This document shows, piece after piece, positions 1 through 7,403 of a stretch of 32,000 nucleotides of DNA; position 1 is the stretch's first letter, and the number at the start of each line of letters is the position of its first letter. The translations under genes and the position numbers were made by a program. Source of the DNA: Thermococcus sp. JdFR-02 (GTDB lineage: Archaea > Methanobacteriota_B > Thermococci > Thermococcales > Thermococcaceae). The notes under the pieces were generated by a model. It was not told the origin of the DNA. It worked only from the letters and a program-made list of their open reading frames with translations, and did not search any database. The stretch lies in NCBI GenBank assembly GCA_002009975.1, contig MTLP01000028.1, positions 24,546-56,545 of the forward strand, read 5' to 3'.

Positions 1-1274
1 GAGAGCCTTTGGAGATTACATACGATTATTCTGAGGTTAATGTTAGTGTGTGGAAAAGAAGGGAAAAAGGTGTCTGGAGATATAGAGAGCTTTTGCCAAA
101 AGTTAAGCAAATAATAACCCTAAAGGAAGGGGGAACACCTTTAGTTAGGGCAAAGATTGGGGAGGAGTTAAAACTCAACGTTTTTATTAAAGATGAAACG
201 AGAAACCCTACTGGCTCTTTTAGGGATAGACTTGTTACAGTTGCGGTTTCTTATGGTTTGGATTTTGTGGAAAATGGCTTTATTGTTGCAAGTGATGGAA
301 ATGCTGCAGCATCTCTAGCTGCTTATTCAGCAAGGGCTGGAAAGGAATCCTTTGTTGTTGTTCCAAGGAGGGTAGATAAGGGGAAGCTCATACAGATGAT
401 TGCTTTTGGAGCAAAGATAATTCGCTATGGCGAGAGCGTTGATGAGTGTATAGATTATGCAAAAGAGTTAGCCAAGCTTAATGGTCTTTATGATATAACG
501 CCAGAAAACAATATCATCGGTTTAGAGGGACAGAAAACGATTGCTTTTGAGCTTTGGGAAGAGTTGAATCCTACTCATGTTATAGTTCCTACTGGGAGTG
601 GAAGCAACTTGTACAGTATTTACAAGGGATTTAGAGAACTCTTAAAGCTTGACTTAATTGACGAGCTTCCAAAACTCATTGCAGTTCAAACAGAAAAATG
701 TTCTCCGATAGCAAGTGAGATTTTGGGAACTAAAGCTAAAAGGGAATTTACAAAAGCTTTAGGATTGTACGTTAAAGACCCAATAAATAAGGAGAGAGCT
801 GTAAAAGCTGTAAAAGAAAGCAAGGGAACTGCGGTTCTTGTTAGGGAGGATGAACTTGATATGGGGGAGAGGCTTTTAGCAAAAGAGGGCGTTTTTGCAG
901 AATACGCTTCTTCAGTTGTGATTCCGGCATTAATTAAGCTTAATGGAGAGGGATATTTTGAAAAGGATGATAAAATCGCTTTAATAGTTACCAGCTCTGG
1001 ATTAAAGGGATATTATATTGAAGCAGAAAGGGAAAGATTCTCAATTGGTGGAACAAAGCTGGAAATCCTAAAACTGCTGAAAGAAAAAGAACGCTATGGC
1101 TATGAGATCTGGGAAAACTTAGAGAAGCCTTTAAAGTATCAAGCCATCTATCAACACATAAAGGAGCTTGAAAGTTTAGGATTGATAGAAGAGGCGTACA
1201 CAAAGGGAAGGAGGATTTACTATAAGCTGACTGAGAAGGGTAGAAGGGTTTTAGAGAACTTTGAGGAAATTTAG
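1..1274 (+). CDS. Threonine-synthase-like (fold-type II PLP) protein with a C-terminal PadR/ArsR-like winged-helix domain; 5' partial
   Basis: The frame is open to the window edge (no stop upstream of the TTG at 9). ThrC/CysK-type blocks are present: FIKDETRNPTGSF-R-DR, ASDGNAAASLAAYSARAG and VPTGSGSN (phosphate loop). The C-terminal 75 aa (KLEILKLLKEKERYGYEIWENL...YQHIKELESLGLIEE...YYKLTEKG) match a wHTH pattern. Confidence 0.8.
   Translation, partial: EPLEITYDYSEVNVSVWKRREKGVWRYRELLPKVKQIITLKEGGTPLVRAKIGEELKLNVFIKDETRNPTGSFRDRLVTVAVSYGLDFVENGFIVASDGNAAASLAAYSARAGKESFVVVPRRVDKGKLIQMIAFGAKIIRYGESVDECIDYAKELAKLNGLYDITPENNIIGLEGQKTIAFELWEELNPTHVIVPTGSGSNLYSIYKGFRELLKLDLIDELPKLIAVQTEKCSPIASEILGTKAKREFTKALGLYVKDPINKERAVKAVKESKGTAVLVREDELDMGERLLAKEGVFAEYASSVVIPALIKLNGEGYFEKDDKIALIVTSSGLKGYYIEAERERFSIGGTKLEILKLLKEKERYGYEIWENLEKPLKYQAIYQHIKELESLGLIEEAYTKGRRIYYKLTEKGRRVLENFEEI
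1047..1271 (+). other. Winged helix-turn-helix (PadR/ArsR-like) domain at the C-terminus of the ThrC-like protein
   Basis: Pattern 'RYGYEIW...L......YQHIKELESLGLIE....GRRIYYKLTEKGR' is typical of PadR-like wHTH recognition helix plus wing. Confidence 0.6.
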
Positions 1275-1561
1275 TCCATAAAATGCTTTTCTATTTCTTT
1301 TACTATCTGCAATCCATTTTCTGCTAAGCTTTTAAGCTTTTTAATGTTCTCTTCAAAAGTCATATTATTTATGATGTTCTCGAATTTGTTTATATCTTCA
1401 ATCAGCTCTGGCATTTTCTTTTCCAGTATTTCCCTTAAATCACTTATATCATCCAAGATGTAGTATGCAGTGTCCTGAAATACCTCTACATTGTCAAAAT
1501 TGGCAACTAAATCTTCCAAATCCTCCTTAATTTGCTGCATTATTATTCTGATCTCTTTCAT
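1271..1561 (-). CDS. Hypothetical small acidic helical protein (about 96 aa)
   Basis: ORF-track ORF 1271..1570. The ATG at 1561 is preceded by ACGGTG and an upstream ATATAAAA box on the minus strand. The sequence is Glu/Asp/Ile/Lys-rich and heptad-like. No recognisable family. Confidence 0.5.
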   Translation of the reverse strand: MKEIRIIMQQIKEDLEDLVANFDNVEVFQDTAYYILDDISDLREILEKKMPELIEDINKFENIINNMTFEENIKKLKSLAENGLQIVKEIEKHFMD

Positions 1562-1628
1562 GTTTGACACCGTTATGATTTCCTATTTTATATCTTAAAA
1601 ATCTTATCTTTAATAAAGGTAACAAACC

Positions 1629-2021
1629 TCATGGTTCAAAGAGCTTTGTCATGCATCCAGCAATAAATCCACCTATTGCATCATCCAAGAAAGGAGGTAG
1701 CTCTTTCAAAATTCCAGGCTTTTTTGTATCGTAATAGAAGAAATTAAAGAGTGCCCTCTTCCCTCCAATATACTCTGCTATGTCAATTCCTATTAGCTCA
1801 TCTGCAATCAATTCAACGGGATCACCTTTAACTTTAAAATTCTCGTCTAAAAGTAGAGCAGCTTTTAAAAGGGCTTGAACATTTAAATCTTCTAAATAGT
1901 GAAGCATTAATTTTTTGAGCCTCTCCCTAACCTTTTCTCTATTCTCACCGATATAAAGCTCTAATGCAGAGTCGAGCATCTTTTCAAGTGTTATACCTTT
2001 TGATTCAAGCTCTTCTATCAT
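1629..2021 (-). CDS. PgpA-family (phosphatidylglycerophosphatase A-like) soluble protein; possible CobZ-like alpha-ribazole-phosphate phosphatase
   Basis: The ATG at 2021 has GGTGG 4 nt upstream, and the track start at 2045 is GTG. Motifs ADELIGIDIAEYIGG and FLDDAIGGFIAG resemble the PgpA 'DE.(I/V)G' and 'DD..AG' blocks. The gene lies near cbiB/cobD. Confidence 0.45.
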   Translation of the reverse strand: MIEELESKGITLEKMLDSALELYIGENREKVRERLKKLMLHYLEDLNVQALLKAALLLDENFKVKGDPVELIADELIGIDIAEYIGGKRALFNFFYYDTKKPGILKELPPFLDDAIGGFIAGCMTKLFEP

Positions 2022-2118
2022 TTTCCCACCATAGCTAAGTTGCACTTTGTATTAATAAGGCAATCGCTTCGGAAGGCTTTAGTAATTTAAATATACAACA
2101 GCAATTGTGGTGACTAAA

Positions 2119-2610
2119 ATGAAACTCAAACGCAAGCTAATCGAGTTTATGGTGAGGCATGATCTAATACCTGCAAGAATCAAATGGGAGAAAAGTGCAA
2201 ATGGTGTTGGCAGGCTTTTCAATGATGTTTTTCACATGCTTAGCAAAGAGGATAGGGGAAAATTAGGAGAGCTAATGTACAAATGGGGTGTAAACGATGC
2301 AGATAGAATTGTTGAGATGCTGGAAATAGAGAGAGATTTGCACGGATGTGCAGTTGCATTAATGGCTACGAATGGTATTTTCGGGATAAAGAGTCATATA
2401 GTAAAGGAAAGTGATAACGAAATAATAATTCATGTGACAAAATGCTTATGGAAAGATAAGGAAGGTTGGACACCTGAAGTCTGTGCATCAATTGAAAGAT
2501 ATGAGATTGGACTGATACATGGGATAAACAAGAATGTTAGATATTATTGCACCAAAAGAAGAAGTAAAGGCGATAAGGTATGTGAGGCAATCTTGAAATA
2601 TCAACAATGA
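2119..2610 (+). CDS. Hypothetical Cys-containing protein (about 163 aa)
   Basis: ORF 2107..2610. The ATG at 2119 is about 25 nt downstream of the ATTTAAATAT box (2085..2094), suggesting a leaderless mRNA. Scattered Cys residues (HGC, TKCLW, EVCAS, YYC, KVCE). It weakly resembles ATC-hydrolase-like small proteins; this is not verified. Confidence 0.55.
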   Translation: MKLKRKLIEFMVRHDLIPARIKWEKSANGVGRLFNDVFHMLSKEDRGKLGELMYKWGVNDADRIVEMLEIERDLHGCAVALMATNGIFGIKSHIVKESDNEIIIHVTKCLWKDKEGWTPEVCASIERYEIGLIHGINKNVRYYCTKRRSKGDKVCEAILKYQQ

Positions 2611-3242
2611 GATAATTTAAACTTCAAATACCAATATCTCTCGCTCTCTTCAACGCTCTTCTCTTTAAGTTTAAACCTCTTTTCAAAGAACGGCGCTTTT
2701 AAAACAATCGTATGAAATTCTGCAAACTCTCCCACTGGATCTATACCATCATTTTCTTCCAAAAAGCGTTCTAAATCTTTAATATCCCTGAACGTATAGC
2801 CAAGCCACTCCTTTGAGAGCTTTTCTTTGTTTATTGCTATGATTGAATATTCAAAACCAGAATTTAGGATTTCTTTCGCCAATTCAAACGTATCTTTTTC
2901 CCAAAGAGGCTCCAAAGCCTTTACTCCACTCTTTTCTGCCAAAAGATTAACCCATTTCAAATGATCTTCAAGCAAAACATCGCCAGCAATTAGATAATCA
3001 ACATCAAGCGATTTTATAAATTCAGCTAAAGCTTCGCTTCCCTTTGCCATATCAAAGATTAAGAGTTCCTTTCCCATATCTTCTGCCAAAAGCTTCAAAG
3101 CGTTAAGGTTTTCAAAGTGCGGCGAAATTCCAATAGTCGTTTTTAAGGCTAAAAGATAAGGAACTTTTATTCCCTGTTTTTCCGCTAGGTAAGTAGCATA
3201 AAGCCCATCTTTTCCGCCTGAAAAGAAGGCAATCCCTTTCAA
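2601..3242 (-). CDS. MJ0570/Dph6-like N-type ATP pyrophosphatase paralog (PP-loop superfamily)
   Basis: N-terminal IAFFSGGKDG (PP-loop SGGxD[S/G]) and C-terminal GEFAEFHTIVLKAPFF (compare the GEGGE(F/Y)ET block of diphthine-ammonia ligase-type proteins). Size is about 213 aa. Confidence 0.65.
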   Translation of the reverse strand: MKGIAFFSGGKDGLYATYLAEKQGIKVPYLLALKTTIGISPHFENLNALKLLAEDMGKELLIFDMAKGSEALAEFIKSLDVDYLIAGDVLLEDHLKWVNLLAEKSGVKALEPLWEKDTFELAKEILNSGFEYSIIAINKEKLSKEWLGYTFRDIKDLERFLEENDGIDPVGEFAEFHTIVLKAPFFEKRFKLKEKSVEESERYWYLKFKLSHC

Positions 3243-3487
3243 AGTACTTCACCTACTCTTGCCTCTTCATATTCCTCCCTGATTTTTTGCAATTCTTCTT
3301 TGTCAACATAGGGAATTACTGCACCACAATTTAAACAAAGCCATGGATAAGCTTTAATCGTGCCTTTCAAAGACTCCAAAACGCCTTTTCTCCAAGGGGC
3401 TCGCCAAAAGTACATTGCGTAACCTTCTTGATGACTTTTCCCTTTGACCATGCTTCCTCCACAGAATGGGCATTTTTTAGTTTCCAT
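3239..3487 (-). CDS. Small zinc-ribbon protein (about 82 aa)
   Basis: CPFCGG...CLNCGA, two CxxC pairs. The ATG at 3487 is preceded by GGTGGT and a TTTATATTTTT box. Its stop overlaps the start of the downstream Dph6-like gene by 4 nt. Confidence 0.6.
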   Translation of the reverse strand: METKKCPFCGGSMVKGKSHQEGYAMYFWRAPWRKGVLESLKGTIKAYPWLCLNCGAVIPYVDKEELQKIREEYEEARVGEVL

Positions 3488-3498
3488 AGATACCACCA

Positions 3499-3512
3499 AA
3501 AATATAAACACT
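3499..3512. promoter_or_regulatory. Shared A/T box in a 43-bp divergent intergenic region (Zn-ribbon operon to the left, cbiB to the right)
   Basis: AAAAATATAAACAC reads as a TATA-like element on both strands. It is about 20-30 nt from the ATG at 3531 (leaderless cbiB mRNA likely) and upstream of the GGTGGT RBS of the minus-strand gene. Confidence 0.4.
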
Positions 3513-3530
3513 TTGGACATTTTATCCTTT

Positions 3531-4388
3531 ATGTTTGAGTTGGTTTTAGCATTAATATGGGATTTGATCTTAGGTGAACCTCCAGCTAAGCTTCACCCAA
3601 CTGTTTGGTTTGGTAGATTAATTGGATTCTTTGATGAAGCGTATAAAAGAAAGAATGCTTTTTTAGACTTCTTTGCTGGAGCTTTTGTCTCTCTAATCAT
3701 TATAATCTTTGCTTTTTTGCTTTCAAAAGTTCCAAATTTCTTGCCTTTTCCCCTAAGCTCCCTTTTGAGCATTTATCTTCTTAAAAGCTCTTTTGCAGTT
3801 AAAAGCTTAGCCCAGCACATAAAAAACACGATTAGAGAGGACATTCAAGAACAGAGAAAATACGTAAGCTGGATTGTAAGTAGAGATGTTAAAGGATTGG
3901 ATAGAGCTCATTTAAATTCAGCTGCAATAGAAAGCTTAGCCGAAAACATAGTTGATAGCATACTTTCTCCTCTCTTTTACTACCTTCTCTTCGGCTTAAG
4001 CGGTGCTTTGGTTTATAGAGCAATAAACACAATGGACGCAATGATAGGTTACAAAGACGAGAAGTACTTCTATTTTGGGAAATTTATCGCAAGATTGGAT
4101 GATTTGGCTAATTTTATTCCAGCCCGTTTAGCTGTGATTTTATTCCTACCTTTCAGTCCTAGGAGAGTTTGGCATCACTATCGCTTAGCAAAGTTTAAAG
4201 TCAATGCTGATAAACCAATCGCATGCATGAGCGCGGTTTTAGGTGTTTGGTTAGAAAAGATAGGGGTTTATAAGTTTCCGGGAAGAGAGCCAACTTTGGA
4301 AGACATAAGGAGGGCTTTAAAGATTTATTGGATTGTGGTTGGAGAGTGGGTTTTAATTTTGCTTATTTTTAGTTGTCTCACGTCATAA
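3531..4388 (+). CDS. cbiB: Adenosylcobinamide-phosphate synthase CbiB (CobD family membrane protein)
   Basis: N-terminal [20 protein letters not shown] signature, a multi-TM profile, and 'DAMIGYK' and '[14 protein letters not shown]' blocks. The ATG at 3531 is chosen because the track start at 3444 would overlap the divergent gene. Confidence 0.85.
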   Translation: MFELVLALIWDLILGEPPAKLHPTVWFGRLIGFFDEAYKRKNAFLDFFAGAFVSLIIIIFAFLLSKVPNFLPFPLSSLLSIYLLKSSFAVKSLAQHIKNTIREDIQEQRKYVSWIVSRDVKGLDRAHLNSAAIESLAENIVDSILSPLFYYLLFGLSGALVYRAINTMDAMIGYKDEKYFYFGKFIARLDDLANFIPARLAVILFLPFSPRRVWHHYRLAKFKVNADKPIACMSAVLGVWLEKIGVYKFPGREPTLEDIRRALKIYWIVVGEWVLILLIFSCLTS

Positions 4389-4449
4389 ATCTTGCACAAA
4401 AATTATTTAACAATTTTCACAATTTCAAACTTAATTGGAGTGACTTGAA

Positions 4450-5436
4450 ATGCTAAAGCCCATAAATTTCAAAGCTCATCATGGAGGCGCAAGGGAAGAA
4501 AGACTCTTAGATTTTTCCGCTTCAATTAATCCCTACAAGCCACATTGGTTAAATGATATGCTTGAAAGGACTAGAGCCTTAAGCAACAGATACATCTATT
4601 GGGAGAGCCTTGAGGAAGAGCTTTCAAATTTGATTGGTGAAGAAGTAACAATTACAGCGGGAATAACGGAAGCGTTGTATTTGATTGGAATCTTGGCTTT
4701 AAGGGAATGGCGAAAGGCGATAATTCCTAAGCACACTTACGAGGAGTATGAGAGAATTGCAAGAGTATTTGGTGCTGAGATAATAAAGGCTTCAAATGAG
4801 CCTGAAAAATTAGCAAATTTTGTTGAAAGGCAAAGTGTCGTTTTCTTTTGCAATCCAAATAATCCAGATGGAAAATTTTACACACCAAAAGAACTCAAGC
4901 CTTTAATCCAAGCTGTTGAAGATGAAAAAGCATTATTGGTTTTAGATGAAGCCTTCATAGACTTTGTTAGAAATGCAAAAACTCCTGAAGGAGAGAACAT
5001 TGTAAAGCTCAGAACCTTCACGAAGAGCTATGGAATGCCCGGAATTAGGGTTGGCTATGTAGTTGGGTATAGTGAAGCTTTCAAGAGCGTTAGAATGCCT
5101 TGGAGCATTGGCGCTTTAGGTTACGCTTTTTTAGAGTTCTTGATCAAAGATGAATTCCACTTTTTAAAAGAAACTATGCCTTTAATTTGGAAGGAAAAAG
5201 AGCGCATGGAAAGGGAGCTTAACGTCAAAAGTGATGCAAACTTTTTTGTAAAAAATGTTGGAAATGCAGGGAAAGCTGTGAAGTTCCTAAAGCAAAGGGG
5301 AATTTTAGTTAGAGATTGCTCATCTTTTGATTTGCCAGAGCTTATTAGGTTTAGCGTAAGAAAGAGAAATGAGAATGACAAGCTTATTGGAGCGTTAAAA
5401 GAGTATCTTGGTGAAGGAGATGATTCTTCGATTTGA
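4450..5436 (+). CDS. cobD: L-threonine-O-3-phosphate decarboxylase CobD (class I/II aminotransferase fold)
   Basis: N-terminal HGG motif followed by DFSASINPY, NPNNPDG, and FTKSYGMPGIRVGY (PLP lysine present). GGAGTGA RBS before the ATG at 4450. Immediately downstream of cbiB. Confidence 0.8.
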   Translation: MLKPINFKAHHGGAREERLLDFSASINPYKPHWLNDMLERTRALSNRYIYWESLEEELSNLIGEEVTITAGITEALYLIGILALREWRKAIIPKHTYEEYERIARVFGAEIIKASNEPEKLANFVERQSVVFFCNPNNPDGKFYTPKELKPLIQAVEDEKALLVLDEAFIDFVRNAKTPEGENIVKLRTFTKSYGMPGIRVGYVVGYSEAFKSVRMPWSIGALGYAFLEFLIKDEFHFLKETMPLIWKEKERMERELNVKSDANFFVKNVGNAGKAVKFLKQRGILVRDCSSFDLPELIRFSVRKRNENDKLIGALKEYLGEGDDSSI

Positions 5437-6157
5437 AGAGCTTGAAAAAATTGGTGAAATCTATGTTAATCCGAGGAATTTCAAAGTTAAGCCATTATTT
5501 CTTAAAACTTGGAAAGATTTGCTTTCTTTGGATGAGAACATTTATGGTTTGTATGCAAAAACAATTTACAACTCAAGGCAGAGGTTTCTGGTAAAAGATA
5601 ATGGAGATTTGAAAAAGGCTAAAAAGCTGATAGAACTTTACAAAGAATTTAAGGAAAATCCGTTGAGGTTTTGCCATGAGGAGTACTACCGCTTTCACTT
5701 AGAGAATGCTAATTTTAAGGATTTGCCGCTTGGACAGGGATTTATGAGTTCAAAAATAGTTTTGGTTGGAGAAGCCCCCGGAATTAAAGGGTGCGGTTTT
5801 ACGGGGATTTGCTTTTATAGAGACAAATCTGGAATGCTTTTGAGGAAAACCTTATTTTCCTTAGGAATTAATCCAGACTTTTTGTATATCACAAACGTTG
5901 TCAAATGCACACCGCCAAGGAACAAACTCATGAAGGGCTTTGATGAAAGAGAGTTGGAACTTTTAAAGAGAGAACTTAAAATCATTGATGCCAAAGGGGT
6001 TTTTGCAATTGGTAGAACGGCAGAAAAAGCCTTGAAGAAGCTGAAAATTGATGTTATTTACCTTAAGCACCCTGCTTGGTACATTAGAAGAGGAATTAAT
6101 GATCCAAATGAAGAAATTCTTGAGGAGTATTCCAAAATAGTTGAGGCGTTTAAATAG
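5420..6157 (+). CDS. Uracil-DNA glycosylase superfamily protein (family 4/5-like) with an N-terminal extension
   Basis: Motif A is VLVGEAPGIKGCGFTGICF..DKSGMLL, followed by ITNVVKCTPPRNK and motif B LKHPAWY. The ATG at 5420 has GGTGAAGGAG upstream and overlaps the cobD 3' end by 17 nt. Confidence 0.7.
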   Translation: MILRFEELEKIGEIYVNPRNFKVKPLFLKTWKDLLSLDENIYGLYAKTIYNSRQRFLVKDNGDLKKAKKLIELYKEFKENPLRFCHEEYYRFHLENANFKDLPLGQGFMSSKIVLVGEAPGIKGCGFTGICFYRDKSGMLLRKTLFSLGINPDFLYITNVVKCTPPRNKLMKGFDERELELLKRELKIIDAKGVFAIGRTAEKALKKLKIDVIYLKHPAWYIRRGINDPNEEILEEYSKIVEAFK

Positions 6158-6205
6158 AAAGAATTTTAAAGCCCTTTAAATAGTTAAGGCTTAGGTGGTA
6201 GTAAG

Positions 6206-6529
6206 GTGAGAACTGAAAATAAAATTGCGCTCATTTTTTATGGCATTGGTGCATTGGGTGGAGCTATAAGCGGTGTTCTATCTCTTAGTGCTAACCTTGG
6301 CTATGTTGCAGGATTGCTGCTCTATTTGGTCGCTCCAAAGATTGTAATGGTAGTTGTGAAGGATTTGCCAGAAGAGCTTAGAGACGAGAGAGCTCTCTTA
6401 AGAAAAGGATTTTGGAGCTTCATGTTATTCTGGCTCTACTTCACAATCCTATTCTACAATGCATTAAATCCACAATCTCCAATATTCTATTCAAACAGAA
6501 GCTTGCTTTACAATATGACATTGGGGTGA
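6206..6529 (+). CDS. Small integral membrane protein (3 predicted TM segments), unknown function
   Basis: GTG start with AGGTGGT RBS and hydrophobic segments. Its stop is 4 nt before the rpiA start, so the two are probably co-transcribed. Confidence 0.6.
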   Translation: MRTENKIALIFYGIGALGGAISGVLSLSANLGYVAGLLLYLVAPKIVMVVVKDLPEELRDERALLRKGFWSFMLFWLYFTILFYNALNPQSPIFYSNRSLLYNMTLG

Positions 6530-6533
6530 TTCA

Positions 6534-7214
6534 ATGGAAAAACTCAAGAAAATGGTTGCTAGGGAAGCCTTGAAATACATTGAAGATGGCATGATAGTTG
6601 GCTTAGGAACAGGTTCAACTACTGCTCACTTCATTCAGCTGTTGGGAAAGCTGGTTATGGAAGAAGAGCTTGAAATTTATGGAATTCCAACTTCATATCA
6701 AGCTAAACTTCTTGCTTTGGAAAGTGGGATTCCGATTATTGATTTAGACGAAGCAGATGCAATAGATGTAGCTATTGATGGTGCGGATGAAGTTGATCCT
6801 GATTTAAACCTCATAAAGGGAAGGGGAGCAGCTTTAACAATGGAGAAGATAATTGATTATCGTGCTGGAACTTTCATAGTCCTCGTTGATGAGAGCAAAT
6901 TAGTTGATTATCTTGGACAAAAGATGCCAGTTCCTATAGAGGTTATTCCCGCAGCTTGGCGCGTAATAAAGGAAGAGCTTGAGGTTTTTAATGCAACTGC
7001 AGAGCTTAGGATAGCCAAGAATAAAGACGGACCAGTTGTAACTGAAAATGGAAACTTCATCTTGGATGCTAAGTTTGAGAGAATTGAAGATCCTCTCGAT
7101 ATAGAAATCGAGCTTAACAATATTCCTGGCGTTGTTGAAAACGGTATTTTTGCTGATATAGCAGATATCGTTTTGGTTGGAACAAAAGAGGGCGTTAAAA
7201 AGTTAGAGCGTTAA
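6534..7214 (+). CDS. rpiA: Ribose-5-phosphate isomerase A
   Basis: GLGTGST, DGADEVD and IKGRGAALTMEK motifs. 226 aa. Confidence 0.93.
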   Translation: MEKLKKMVAREALKYIEDGMIVGLGTGSTTAHFIQLLGKLVMEEELEIYGIPTSYQAKLLALESGIPIIDLDEADAIDVAIDGADEVDPDLNLIKGRGAALTMEKIIDYRAGTFIVLVDESKLVDYLGQKMPVPIEVIPAAWRVIKEELEVFNATAELRIAKNKDGPVVTENGNFILDAKFERIEDPLDIEIELNNIPGVVENGIFADIADIVLVGTKEGVKKLER

Positions 7215-7215
7215 G

Positions 7216-7223
7216 TTTATAAA
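7216..7223 (+). promoter_or_regulatory. Archaeal TATA box for the tRNA-Leu gene
   Basis: TTTATAAA is centred about 30 nt upstream of tRNA position 1 (7250). Confidence 0.6.
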
Positions 7224-7249
7224 TCGCTCATTATTAGAATTTTACGAGT

Positions 7250-7337
7250 GCGGGGGTTGCCGAGCCTGGTCAAAGGCGGTGGACTCAAGATCCACTCCCG
7301 TAGGGGTTCGAGGGTTCAAATCCCTCCCCCCGCACCA
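7250..7337 (+). tRNA. tRNA-Leu (anticodon CAA), genomically encoded CCA
   Basis: Manual fold: acceptor GCGGGGG/CCCCCGC, 3-bp D stem GCC/GGC, anticodon stem GTGGA/TCCAC with loop CT-CAA-GA, long variable arm TCCCGTAGGGGTTC, T arm GAGGG-TTCAAAT-CCCTC, discriminator A plus CCA. Confidence 0.93.
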
Positions 7338-7403
7338 CAAATTTTCTATAAAAAGTTTGATCAAATTTGTGCACATCTTCTAACTTTAAGATAATATGCA
7401 CAT

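Noticed and set aside
3444-3530. Longer N-terminal extensions offered by the ORF track (cbiB from 3444; membrane protein from 15330; stomatin from 25903; CoADR from 28781; apgM from 16479)
   Set aside because: The extensions overlap divergent genes or promoters, or lack an RBS. Internal ATGs with a GGTG-type RBS or TATA spacing match the conserved N-termini of the families.
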